Shown here: piece by piece, positions 53,404 to 62,605 of the stretch
Numbering within the stretch: the first letter of the stretch is position 1
How the letters are laid out: each line of letters begins with the position of its first letter
Source of the DNA: Phormidesmis sp.
Lineage (GTDB): Bacteria > Cyanobacteriota > Cyanobacteriia > Leptolyngbyales > Leptolyngbyaceae
DNA: 64,000 nt
NCBI GenBank assembly: GCA_965248535.1
Contig: CBDFJR010000005.1
Location: 1,152,001 to 1,216,000, forward strand
Direction of reading: 5' to 3'
Made by a program: the position numbers and the translations under genes
The notes under the pieces: model-generated
What the model saw: only the letters and a program-made list of their open reading frames with translations
What the model was told of the DNA's origin: nothing
Databases searched by the model: none

Positions 53404-55617
53404 ATGATGATCTCAAATCCTGCGCTCAAAACTCAGCAATTGCAAGTGAATGGGATGGACTGCGGCAGTTGTGCCAAAACGATCGAAGCCAGCTTGCAGC
53501 AACTGACGGGAATTGTTGCAGTGTCGGTTAGCTTTGCAGCCGGATCGGTGAAAGTCTCTTATGACCCGCAGCAGGTGAGCGAGACGGCACTCTATGAGCG
53601 GCTTAAAGCTTTAGGCTACACAGTTAAAGAGAATCTAACCCATACCTCCCTTCATTCTCATGATTGTTGTAATGATTATCAGGGGCACAATCATCCAGTA
53701 TCCAAGGATTTGAGGTCAGTCGAACCAAGAGGGTGGAAACTCTGGGTTCGCGATCGCCGATCTCAAAGTGTTTTGCTGGCAGGAGTGGGATTGATTCTGG
53801 GATTAATCGCTCAACAACTCGCATTGCCGATTTGGATGGCACGGGCGTTTTACGGCGTTGGCATTGTGGTGGCAGGAGACCCGATCGCGCGGGCTGGGCT
53901 GATGGAGTTGCGGCTGCGCCGCGCTGATATGAACTTACTGATGACCATTTCAGTCATTGGCGCAGTAGTTCTAGGCGACTGGTTTGAAGGGGCATTAGTT
54001 GTTCTACTATTTTCTCTCGGAACGACGCTTCAGAGCTTTACGTTTGGTCGAACTCGCAACGCTATTCGCGCTTTGATGGACTTGACTCCCGCGACTGCTA
54101 CTATCAAGCGCAATGGGCAAGAAATCACCGTTTCGGTTGAAGCAGTGCAAATCGGTGAAACCTTGACGATTCGACCGGGCCAGCGCATTGCTCTAGATGG
54201 TCGGGTGATTTCGGGTGATTCTGCGGTGGATCAGTCTCCGATCACCGGGGAATCGGTTCCAGAAGATAAAGCGCCGGGTGATCTGGTGTTCGCCGGAACG
54301 CTCAATCAGACAGGCTTTCTAGAAGTGGAAGTCACTCACACATCGAGCGATACAACGGTTGCAAAGATTGTTCATCTCGTCGAAGCAGCGCAGTCGAGCC
54401 GTGCGCCCACCCAACAATGGGTCGATCGCTTTGCCGAAATATATACTCCGATTGTGATCCTAACCGCGATCGCGATTTCAATTATTCCACCACTCATGTT
54501 CGCGCAACCGTTTGACGTTTGGCTTTATCGCGCCTTGGTGATGCTCGTGATTGCTTGCCCTTGTGCATTGGTGATTTCAACTCCGGTTTCGATTGTGAGT
54601 GCGATCGGGGCGGCGACTCGTGAGGGTGTGTTGTTCAAAGGCGGTCATGCCCTCGAAACGGCGGGTAAGTTAAATACGATCGCGTTTGATAAAACAGGAA
54701 CGATCACGCGAGGATTGCCGACCGTTCAAAAGGTTTATTCGTTAGGTGATGTCAGTGTTAATCAGATTTTATTGATTACGGCATCCCTAGAGCAACAGTC
54801 TGAGCATCCGTTTGCAAAAGCGATCGTCACTTACACAACCGAACAAGCGATCGAACTCGCAGCACCTGAAAACTTCAAAGCATTTCCCGGAAAAGGCATT
54901 CAAGCCGCCTTTGGAACTTCAATTTATCTCGTTGGAAACCAAAAATTGCTGGATGATCAAAAGATTATTTTGTCTCCAGAAACCGAATTGGTGCTATCTA
55001 AAATTGAAGCGATCGGGCAAACGCCTGTTTTAGTAGGAACGACTCAAGCAGTCTTAGGCGTAATTGCCTTAGCAGATGGAGTCCGGCTAGAAGCAGCAGA
55101 AGCGATGCGATCGCTAAAAAAAGTGGGAGTGAAAACGCTCGTAATGTTGACGGGCGATCGCGCTCCGGTTGCTCAACAAATTGCTCACCAAGTTAACCTC
55201 TCAGACTATCGGGCTGATCTGCTTCCCGAAGACAAGCTTGAAGCGATTCAGCAGCTTCGACGATCGGGAGTTGTTGGCATGGTGGGGGATGGTATTAATG
55301 ATGCACCTGCACTGGCGGCGGCAGATATTAGCTTTGCTGTCGGGGGCATTGATATCGCGCTCGAAACAGCAGATGTCGTGCTAGTCGGAAGCGATTTGAG
55401 AAAATTAGCTTACGCGGTTGATCTGAGCCGTCGGACTGTCTCCATCATTCAGCAAAACGTCATGTTTTCGCTGGTCACAAAAGGTCTATTTTTACTGTTA
55501 GGCACGTTTGGATTTGTGGGATTAGCGATCGCGGTTCTCGCAGACACAGGGACTTCATTGCTCGTCACCGCAAATGGAATGCGGTTATTCAAACCTCAGA
55601 AAACTCATCAGAAATAA
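53404..55617 (+). CDS. Zn/Cd/Pb-translocating P1B-type ATPase (ZiaA/CadA-like)
   Basis: GMDCGSC metal-binding domain, His-rich linker, TGES, CPC, DKTGT, SEHP, GDGINDAP. Confidence 0.95.
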   Translation: MMISNPALKTQQLQVNGMDCGSCAKTIEASLQQLTGIVAVSVSFAAGSVKVSYDPQQVSETALYERLKALGYTVKENLTHTSLHSHDCCNDYQGHNHPVSKDLRSVEPRGWKLWVRDRRSQSVLLAGVGLILGLIAQQLALPIWMARAFYGVGIVVAGDPIARAGLMELRLRRADMNLLMTISVIGAVVLGDWFEGALVVLLFSLGTTLQSFTFGRTRNAIRALMDLTPATATIKRNGQEITVSVEAVQIGETLTIRPGQRIALDGRVISGDSAVDQSPITGESVPEDKAPGDLVFAGTLNQTGFLEVEVTHTSSDTTVAKIVHLVEAAQSSRAPTQQWVDRFAEIYTPIVILTAIAISIIPPLMFAQPFDVWLYRALVMLVIACPCALVISTPVSIVSAIGAATREGVLFKGGHALETAGKLNTIAFDKTGTITRGLPTVQKVYSLGDVSVNQILLITASLEQQSEHPFAKAIVTYTTEQAIELAAPENFKAFPGKGIQAAFGTSIYLVGNQKLLDDQKIILSPETELVLSKIEAIGQTPVLVGTTQAVLGVIALADGVRLEAAEAMRSLKKVGVKTLVMLTGDRAPVAQQIAHQVNLSDYRADLLPEDKLEAIQQLRRSGVVGMVGDGINDAPALAAADISFAVGGIDIALETADVVLVGSDLRKLAYAVDLSRRTVSIIQQNVMFSLVTKGLFLLLGTFGFVGLAIAVLADTGTSLLVTANGMRLFKPQKTHQK

Positions 55618-55620
55618 ACA

Positions 55621-56544
55621 ATGACACACAATCATAGTCACGGGCATCACGGTCACAGCCACGGCACCAGCAACTACGATCGCGCCTTTATCGTCAGCGT
55701 GGCGTTAAATACTGGGTTTGTGGTGATTGAAGTTGTCTACGGAGTTTTGGCAAACTCTCTCGCCTTGCTTGCCGATGCAGGGCACAACCTCAGCGACGTT
55801 TTAGGACTTCTGCTGGCTTGGGGAGCGAGTGTTTTGGTTCGTCGCCAACCGACACCCCGGCGAACCTTTGGATTTCGTCGATCGTCGATTTTGGCAGCCT
55901 TGATCAATGCAGCGTTTCTCCTAGTTGCCTGTGGCGGCATTGGGTGGGAGGCGATTCAACGGTTTCGCGCCCCCTCTGAGGTAGCAGCAGGAACAGTGAT
56001 TGTTGTCGCAGCGATCGGAATTGCGGTGAATACGATTAGCGCTCTGATGTTCGTTGCAGGTCGCAAAAATGATCTCAACATTCGCGGGGCTTTTATGCAC
56101 TTAGCGGCGGATGCTGTCGTATCGTTGGGTGTGGTGTTGGCTGGGATCGCGATCGTGATGACAGGCTGGCAGTGGCTCGATCCAGCCGTTAGCTTGGGAG
56201 TCACAGCAATCATTGTCTTAGGCACCTGGCAACTGTTTCGGGAATCGTTCAATTTGGTCTTAGATGCGGTTCCAGAAGGAATCGAACCGCTTGCAGTGCG
56301 AACTTATCTCGCTGAACGTCCCGGTGTCGCTCAAGTTCACGACTTACACATCTGGGCAATGAGTACTACGGAGGTTGCTTTAACTGTTCACCTGGTCACG
56401 CCAGAAAAACATCCGGGCGACGCATTCTTAGCGCAAATCTGTCAAGAACTGCACGATCATTTTGGGATTGAACATACGACCATTCAGATTGAACTGGGTG
56501 ACTCTGATTCTATTTGTGCGCTAGCCTCTGAGAACGTAGTTTAA
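55621..56544 (+). CDS. Cation diffusion facilitator (CzcD-like)
   Basis: His-rich N-terminus, LALLADAGHNLSD, HLAAD, VHDLHIW, HTTIQIE. Confidence 0.93.
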   Translation: MTHNHSHGHHGHSHGTSNYDRAFIVSVALNTGFVVIEVVYGVLANSLALLADAGHNLSDVLGLLLAWGASVLVRRQPTPRRTFGFRRSSILAALINAAFLLVACGGIGWEAIQRFRAPSEVAAGTVIVVAAIGIAVNTISALMFVAGRKNDLNIRGAFMHLAADAVVSLGVVLAGIAIVMTGWQWLDPAVSLGVTAIIVLGTWQLFRESFNLVLDAVPEGIEPLAVRTYLAERPGVAQVHDLHIWAMSTTEVALTVHLVTPEKHPGDAFLAQICQELHDHFGIEHTTIQIELGDSDSICALASENVV

Positions 56545-56905
56545 AGCGAACAATGAAGAGCCAATCTGCTCGGTTTTATGCGATTTTGTCGATCGGGTTG
56601 CCTTTTTCAACATTGTCCTTAATTTCGGTGCTTATCTCTGACGCATTGAAATCAGTTGTTCATTTGATTGCAGTGATCGTGGCTTGGGATCATCTATTTC
56701 ATTCTCTGCCGCTAGAGCAAATAGGATGGGGACTAGGTTTGACAATGACCTAAATTCTTGATTGAAGCAGTAGCCGCTTCGCAAAAAGAGTCGATCGACG
56801 AAATCATGTAGATTTGGCTGTACTCTGGATTGTACTGAAATGGCGTTGTGCGAAGGACAGTTGTCTCTATGCTGAAGCAAAAACTCACTCTATTACTTGC
56901 TACTG

Positions 56906-58636
56906 ATGCTAAAGAGAACGTTTCCGTCTCCTGAAACCCTGAGACGATTTCCTTTCGGTCTGGCTGATATTGCTGTTATGCTGGGAACCTTGCTGCTCTT
57001 GGCACTGATTGCACGGGTTGGTGCCGGAACGCTCGTGAGCTTTGTGCCGCCCGATGTCGTGCCGGATGTTAGCCTCGATCCTCGCAATCTGCCGTATTAC
57101 GCAGGACGATCGACGCTGAGAATGTTTATCGCGTTGTTCTGTTCAACGGTTTTTACCCTGATTTATGGCTATCTGGCGGCTCACAGTCGTCGGGCTGAGA
57201 AGGTTCTGATTCCCTTGTTGGATATCTTGCAGTCGGTGCCGATTTTGGGATTTTTATCGATCACCGTAACCGGATTCATTGCTCTCTTTCCAGGAAGTTT
57301 ATTAGGGTTGGAAGCCGCTTCTATCTTTGCGATCTTCACCAGTCAAGCCTGGAATATGACCTTTTCGTTTTATCACTCCCTCAAAACAGTGCCGCGTGAA
57401 CTTGATGAAGCGGTGACGCTCTATCATTTGTCAGGCTGGGAGCGCTTTACGAAGCTAGAAATCCCTTCTGCGATGATTGGTCTTGTGTGGAACGCCATGA
57501 TGAGTTTTGGCGGCGGCTGGTTTTTTGTGGCTGCGAGTGAAGCAATTAGCGTCCTCAATCAGAAATACACGCTTCCCGGCATTGGGTCTTATGTCGCCTC
57601 GGCGATCGCGGCTCAAGATCTATCGGCTCTAGGCTGGGCACTTTTAGCGATCGCGGTCGTAATCGTGCTCGTTGACCAACTTTTCTGGCGACCGTTGATC
57701 GCTTGGTCAGACAAGTTTCGACTCGAACAAAGCGCCGCCGCCGCACCCGAATCCTGGCTATATGATCTTCTACAAGCAGCACGAATTCCTCGTCTAGTTC
57801 AGCAGGCCTTCGCGCCGCTCAGTGATGCCATCAATCGGCTGCTGTCGCGTCTCACCCCTCAGCAGTCGGCACGTCCCGTCGTGGCAAGTCAACAGACGAG
57901 GAACGATCGCTTGTTTAACCTCGCACTACTGGTGATCATTGGCGGATTGCTGATCGCAGGCATTCACTTTGTTTTAGTAACAGTTGGCTTAAGTGAGGTA
58001 ATCAAGGCGTTTGGGCTAGGACTCTTAACGCTGATGCGGGTGACGGGATTGCTCATCTTCGCCACGATCGTCTGGACTCCGATCGGAGTCGCGATCGGCT
58101 TTAATCCCAAACTAGCGCGGCTGCTGCAACCCGTCGTGCAGTTTCTCGCCTCGTTTCCTGCCAATTTTATCTTTCCGTTTGCAACGCTGTTCTTTATTCA
58201 GGCTCATATCAGCATCGATTGGGGCAGCATTTTGCTCATGTCGTTGGGCGCACAGTGGTACATTTTATTTAACTCGATCGCAGGAGCGATGAGCATCCCC
58301 ACTGATTTGCGCGAAATGGCAAGAGATGTGGGCTTGAAGCGGTGGCATCTGTGGCGAAAATTGATCATTCCCGGCATCTTTTCGGCTTGGGTGACAGGCG
58401 GCGTGACGGCAAGCGGGGGCGCATGGAATGCCAGCATTATTTCTGAAATTGTCACCTGGGGATCAACAACGCTCACCGCCAATGGACTGGGCGCTTATAT
58501 CGCCAATGCAACCGCGATCGGGGATTGGTCGCGCATCACGTTAGGGATCGGTATGATGAGCTTGTTTGTGGTCGGGATCAACCGCCTGTTTTGGCAGCGA
58601 CTCTACCAATTGTCGGAGACAAAGTACCATCTCTAG
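56906..58636 (+). CDS. NitT/TauT-type ABC transporter permease with duplicated TM domain
   Basis: LDILQSVP, SQAWNM, GGWFFVAASE, QWYILFN, GGAWNASI. Confidence 0.9.
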   Translation: MLKRTFPSPETLRRFPFGLADIAVMLGTLLLLALIARVGAGTLVSFVPPDVVPDVSLDPRNLPYYAGRSTLRMFIALFCSTVFTLIYGYLAAHSRRAEKVLIPLLDILQSVPILGFLSITVTGFIALFPGSLLGLEAASIFAIFTSQAWNMTFSFYHSLKTVPRELDEAVTLYHLSGWERFTKLEIPSAMIGLVWNAMMSFGGGWFFVAASEAISVLNQKYTLPGIGSYVASAIAAQDLSALGWALLAIAVVIVLVDQLFWRPLIAWSDKFRLEQSAAAAPESWLYDLLQAARIPRLVQQAFAPLSDAINRLLSRLTPQQSARPVVASQQTRNDRLFNLALLVIIGGLLIAGIHFVLVTVGLSEVIKAFGLGLLTLMRVTGLLIFATIVWTPIGVAIGFNPKLARLLQPVVQFLASFPANFIFPFATLFFIQAHISIDWGSILLMSLGAQWYILFNSIAGAMSIPTDLREMARDVGLKRWHLWRKLIIPGIFSAWVTGGVTASGGAWNASIISEIVTWGSTTLTANGLGAYIANATAIGDWSRITLGIGMMSLFVVGINRLFWQRLYQLSETKYHL

Positions 58637-58648
58637 GAAAAAAGCAGG

Positions 58649-59998
58649 ATGCAAAAAGACGAGATGCTGATCGCGGTTGAGCAGGTCAACAAAAGCTTTC
58701 CGAAGCCAGAGGGCAAAGGCGAATTTACCGTTCTCCGTAACATTGACCTGACGGTGAAATCGGGTGAAGTACTAGCGTTGCTGGGTCGCAGTGGCAGCGG
58801 CAAAAGTACCCTGCTCCGAATTATGGCAGGCTTGATTCCACCTAGTCAGGGGCAAGTGATCAGCAACGGTAGACCTTTGCAGGGTGCTAACACCGATGTA
58901 GCGATGGTCTTTCAAAGCTTTGCGCTGCTGCCTTGGCTGACCGTTCAAGAAAATGTAGAACTCGGACTCGAAGCGCAAGGAGTCAAGCGAGAGGAACGAC
59001 ATCAGCGATCGCTCAAAGCAATCGACCTCGTGGGCTTAGATGGATTTGAGAATGCCTACCCCAAAGAACTGTCTGGCGGCATGAAACAACGAGTCGGCTT
59101 TGCGCGGGCCTTTGTGCTGGAACCCAAAGTGTTGTTTATGGATGAACCCTTTAGTGCGCTGGATGTCTTAACCTCCGAGAACCTGCGGGGTGAAATTGAT
59201 GACCTGTGGAACGCGGGAACATTTCCGTCTAAAAGCATTTTGATTGTTACCCACAACATTGAAGAAGCAGTGTATCTTGCCGATCGCATTATCATTTTGG
59301 GCGCGAATCCCGGTGAAATTCGAGGTGAAGTAATCGTTGATTTGCCGCGATCGCACGATCGGACGAGCGATCGCTTTAAAGCGTTGGTCGATTACATCTA
59401 TACGGTGATGACCAATCCCGATGCCAAAGTGACCGGAGAAGTAGCACCCAAAGTGCCCATGCAGCCTGTTACGCCTCGCCCTCCCTATGCCCAGGCACTG
59501 CCCCATGTGCGGATCGGTGGAGTGAGCGGGTTACTAGAACTGATTGCCGATCAGCCCGAAGGAAAAGACGACATTCCTAGGCTTGCAGAGCAGATTCAGC
59601 TAGAAGTAGACAACTTACTTCCTCTCTTAGATGCGGCGGTGCTGTTAGGCTTTGCAGAGTTAAATCAGGGTGATGTTAGCCTTACATCTATTGGGCGTGA
59701 CTTTGCCACCACCACAATTTTGCGAAGTAAAGACCTATTCCGTCAGCAGGTGTTAGAACGAGTGCCGCTACTAGTCAGCATGGTTCGCACCCTGGAGGAA
59801 AAGCGAAATCGATCCATGCGGGCGGATTTCTTTCTAGACTTGCTGGATGAATATTATCCCCATGAAGAAGCCGCACGACAGTTTGCAACCGCAGTCGATT
59901 GGGGTCGCTACGCGGAACTGTTTGAGTATGATGCCAGCGAAGACCGCATTTATCTCCCGGAGTCAGCGATCGCCGGGAGCCGTGAACAATCTGAATAG
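58649..59998 (+). CDS. NitT/TauT-type ABC ATP-binding protein with C-terminal AAA-associated domain
   Basis: GRSGSGKST, LSGGMKQR, MDEPFSALD, DWGRYAELF. Confidence 0.92.
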   Translation: MQKDEMLIAVEQVNKSFPKPEGKGEFTVLRNIDLTVKSGEVLALLGRSGSGKSTLLRIMAGLIPPSQGQVISNGRPLQGANTDVAMVFQSFALLPWLTVQENVELGLEAQGVKREERHQRSLKAIDLVGLDGFENAYPKELSGGMKQRVGFARAFVLEPKVLFMDEPFSALDVLTSENLRGEIDDLWNAGTFPSKSILIVTHNIEEAVYLADRIIILGANPGEIRGEVIVDLPRSHDRTSDRFKALVDYIYTVMTNPDAKVTGEVAPKVPMQPVTPRPPYAQALPHVRIGGVSGLLELIADQPEGKDDIPRLAEQIQLEVDNLLPLLDAAVLLGFAELNQGDVSLTSIGRDFATTTILRSKDLFRQQVLERVPLLVSMVRTLEEKRNRSMRADFFLDLLDEYYPHEEAARQFATAVDWGRYAELFEYDASEDRIYLPESAIAGSREQSE

Positions 59999-60138
59999 TT
60001 GAGCTTTGTATCCAAAGGCGAGAGACAAAAATGCTTTAAAGAAATCAAATATTTGTGACTAAGCATGAGGACTCTTCATTCCAGCCCTTATGATCAGACT
60101 CGCACTCAGACGCTCACCTGACGCAGCTAGCCCTGTGT

Positions 60139-60645
60139 GTGACTTTGCAGGAACCGCTAACGATGTCTACAGATCCCCCCTCTAATTCAGACTCCACTCC
60201 TCCAGTTTCAGCCTCTGCCCCAAACCAGCCTTCACCCCCTGTCATGCCCCCAAAAGTAGTGCGGCAAGAGCGACGGGTGCGAAATTTGATTTTAGACTAC
60301 GCCCTAGGCACGTCGATTTTGGGGCTGATTCCGCTCCCTCGATTATTCACGCTCAAGCTACTGGTTGCCTTTGGGTTGATCCTCAAGCTGATCTGGGACA
60401 TCGGCAAACTGTGGCGCTTTCGCAAAGGGCAAGACCTGCTCGCGATCGCAGGCGTATTTTTCGGAAGTCTGGGCGCTTTAGCCATGTCCTTTACCGCATG
60501 GCTCACGTTTTTTGGACTGGGAGTGTTTGTGCCCTATCTAAAAGGTTTAGCATTTGCGGCTGCCCTATTTACCCTGCCTTGGGGCATTGGGCAGACAGTC
60601 AACCAGTTTTATGCGAGTGGCGATGAGTCAGGAGTCAGGCGGTAA
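60139..60645 (+). CDS. Small membrane protein (DUF697-like)
   Basis: ILGLIPLP motif and hydrophobic helices; 1-bp overlap with the lipase. Confidence 0.65.
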   Translation: MTLQEPLTMSTDPPSNSDSTPPVSASAPNQPSPPVMPPKVVRQERRVRNLILDYALGTSILGLIPLPRLFTLKLLVAFGLILKLIWDIGKLWRFRKGQDLLAIAGVFFGSLGALAMSFTAWLTFFGLGVFVPYLKGLAFAAALFTLPWGIGQTVNQFYASGDESGVRR

Positions 60646-61805
60646 TGAACATCAGACGACGACAAATTTTATTAGGAGGGGTTGCGGCGGGTGTAGCGGC
60701 AACCGTAGGAAGCGAGTATGCGGTTCGCCGCGCCGCGCAAGCTCACAGCGCCGAGTGGCTTGCTCTCAACGCCAGCGATCCAACTCGCTTACTCAAACAA
60801 ACCTTTGAAGCAGATGCCAAAAAAATTAATGCAGGTCTTGCCATTCAAGCCTCGGTTGGGCAACCGCATCCCCCCATTCCCTATAGCCGGGAGATGTCGA
60901 GCCTGCTGATTCAATGCAGCAAACTTGCCACTCAGCAATATCTCACCGGAAAAACAATTCCGACCTACGATGGCTCGATTAAGGTGCTGCCCGCTTATTT
61001 TCGTGAACTTGATGGCTACACCCAACTCACGTCTTTTAAAGGGCATGAAGCCGAAGTGGAAGACACGATCGAGGTAGACGTTCCGACAACCGCTCAAAGC
61101 AACCCGCAAGACCCGTTAGAGCAAGGAGCTAATGAAGCCCAAACCACGATCGGACAAACCGTCAAAGAAGCCGTAAAGTTAAGGCAAATTACACCCGTTT
61201 ATTTGGGATTTGTGCTCGTCTCGAAAACTAGAAACATCATTGTATTTCGGGGCACTCAGCGCAATACCGAATGGCTTTATAACGTCTACGCTCGACAGCA
61301 GGATTACCACAACCCAGCAGGCGGAGAATCTCTGGGCAAAGTGCATCGAGGCTTTGTTGCCAATTATAAAAGCATTATCAATCCCATTCCTCGCGACATT
61401 GCCAAGCGATTAGACCCCTCTATACCTTGCTATATTACAGGGCATAGTTTAGGGTCTGCACTAGCAGTGCTTGCATCCGTTGACTTAGCATTGAATCTCC
61501 CAACGCTCAAACCGCAGATTCAGCTCTATACCTATGCCGGGGCACGAGTCGGCGATCCGACCTTTGCTCAGATTCATGCTCAATCTGTTCCTAATCATTA
61601 TCGCATTGTTAACTTGGCAGATATCGTGCCGTTACTGCCACCGATTCAGTCTCCGGGTGGAACCTACGTTCACACGGGGGAAGAGTGGTCATTTCTGTCT
61701 CAGGCTGGCGATTTTCTTCCCAATCACGTTGTCGATACCTATCGTCAGGCGATCTCCCGACGGGTTGAAACGAATCAACACCGGACTTATCCCGTGTCAG
61801 GGTAG
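60645..61805 (+). CDS. Class 3 lipase with Tat signal
   Basis: RRRQILL twin-arginine signal, VFRGT, VHRGF, ITGHSLG, RIVNLADIVPLLP. Confidence 0.88.
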   Translation: MNIRRRQILLGGVAAGVAATVGSEYAVRRAAQAHSAEWLALNASDPTRLLKQTFEADAKKINAGLAIQASVGQPHPPIPYSREMSSLLIQCSKLATQQYLTGKTIPTYDGSIKVLPAYFRELDGYTQLTSFKGHEAEVEDTIEVDVPTTAQSNPQDPLEQGANEAQTTIGQTVKEAVKLRQITPVYLGFVLVSKTRNIIVFRGTQRNTEWLYNVYARQQDYHNPAGGESLGKVHRGFVANYKSIINPIPRDIAKRLDPSIPCYITGHSLGSALAVLASVDLALNLPTLKPQIQLYTYAGARVGDPTFAQIHAQSVPNHYRIVNLADIVPLLPPIQSPGGTYVHTGEEWSFLSQAGDFLPNHVVDTYRQAISRRVETNQHRTYPVSG

Positions 61806-61841
61806 TTTCCAATAGCATTCTGATATCACCTCTACTATTCT

Positions 61842-62552
61842 TCAGGACTCCCAGGATGAAGAGACACGGCTGCTAACAAACTGGAAGCGAACGAAGTTTC
61901 GACTGGCAACTTCTCGCCCAGGGAGTTGCGGGTTTTGCGTCAATGGTTTGATCAAAAAGTCTGGATGCAAATTCCAACCGAATAATCCTGCTAATCCCAT
62001 CACTACTCCAAACACCGTGGGAATCAGAGCTAGACCAAATAACCAACGCTTTTGAGATAACGAGGTGATGGCTAATAGAGAAATCGCGATCGACAGCGCC
62101 GCATCCGAGAGATCAAACTGGTCGTCATGAAAGTTAAGCGTGTCATAAGTCTTTTGGTCGGCTTCAGCGATCGCTCGTTGCTGCTCTTTCTTCTGGTCTT
62201 CTACAGTTGCCAGGTCTTGATACGATTTGATTTGTTGGGTATAAGCGGCTCGATTGGCAGGTGGCTGTGAGAGAATTTGCAGCTGTAGTTGAGCAATGGT
62301 GGCTTTAGCGATTTCAGACCGAAGATTACGAGCTTGATACAGCGACCAGTCATCAATCCGGTTTGCCTGCGCTTGCTGCATTCCTTGGACAATATTGTCG
62401 TCCTTGATTTTGCATACCCCGATAAAGGTAGCAAGCAAGGCAACGGCGATCGCAACAGCAGTGTTTAACTGACTTTTACGTTTCTCTTGATTAAGTGCTT
62501 GGGTTTCTTCAGGCTCGTTGGCTTGAATCAGATCTAGGGGGTCAATGTCCAT
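61842..62552 (-). CDS. DUF4337-like membrane protein
   Basis: VAIAVALLATFIG, DDWSLYQAR, HDDQFDLS. Confidence 0.75.
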   Translation of the reverse strand: MDIDPLDLIQANEPEETQALNQEKRKSQLNTAVAIAVALLATFIGVCKIKDDNIVQGMQQAQANRIDDWSLYQARNLRSEIAKATIAQLQLQILSQPPANRAAYTQQIKSYQDLATVEDQKKEQQRAIAEADQKTYDTLNFHDDQFDLSDAALSIAISLLAITSLSQKRWLFGLALIPTVFGVVMGLAGLFGWNLHPDFLIKPLTQNPQLPGREVASRNFVRFQFVSSRVSSSWES

Positions 62553-62605
62553 AGCGCTTAGTCAAGTTCTCCTCGGTTTAAGGTTTTAGGGAATGAAGAG
62601 TCGGA

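Noticed and set aside
56553..56880. Short ORFs between the CDF and the ABC permease
   Set aside because: No recognisable family; could be remnants or spurious.
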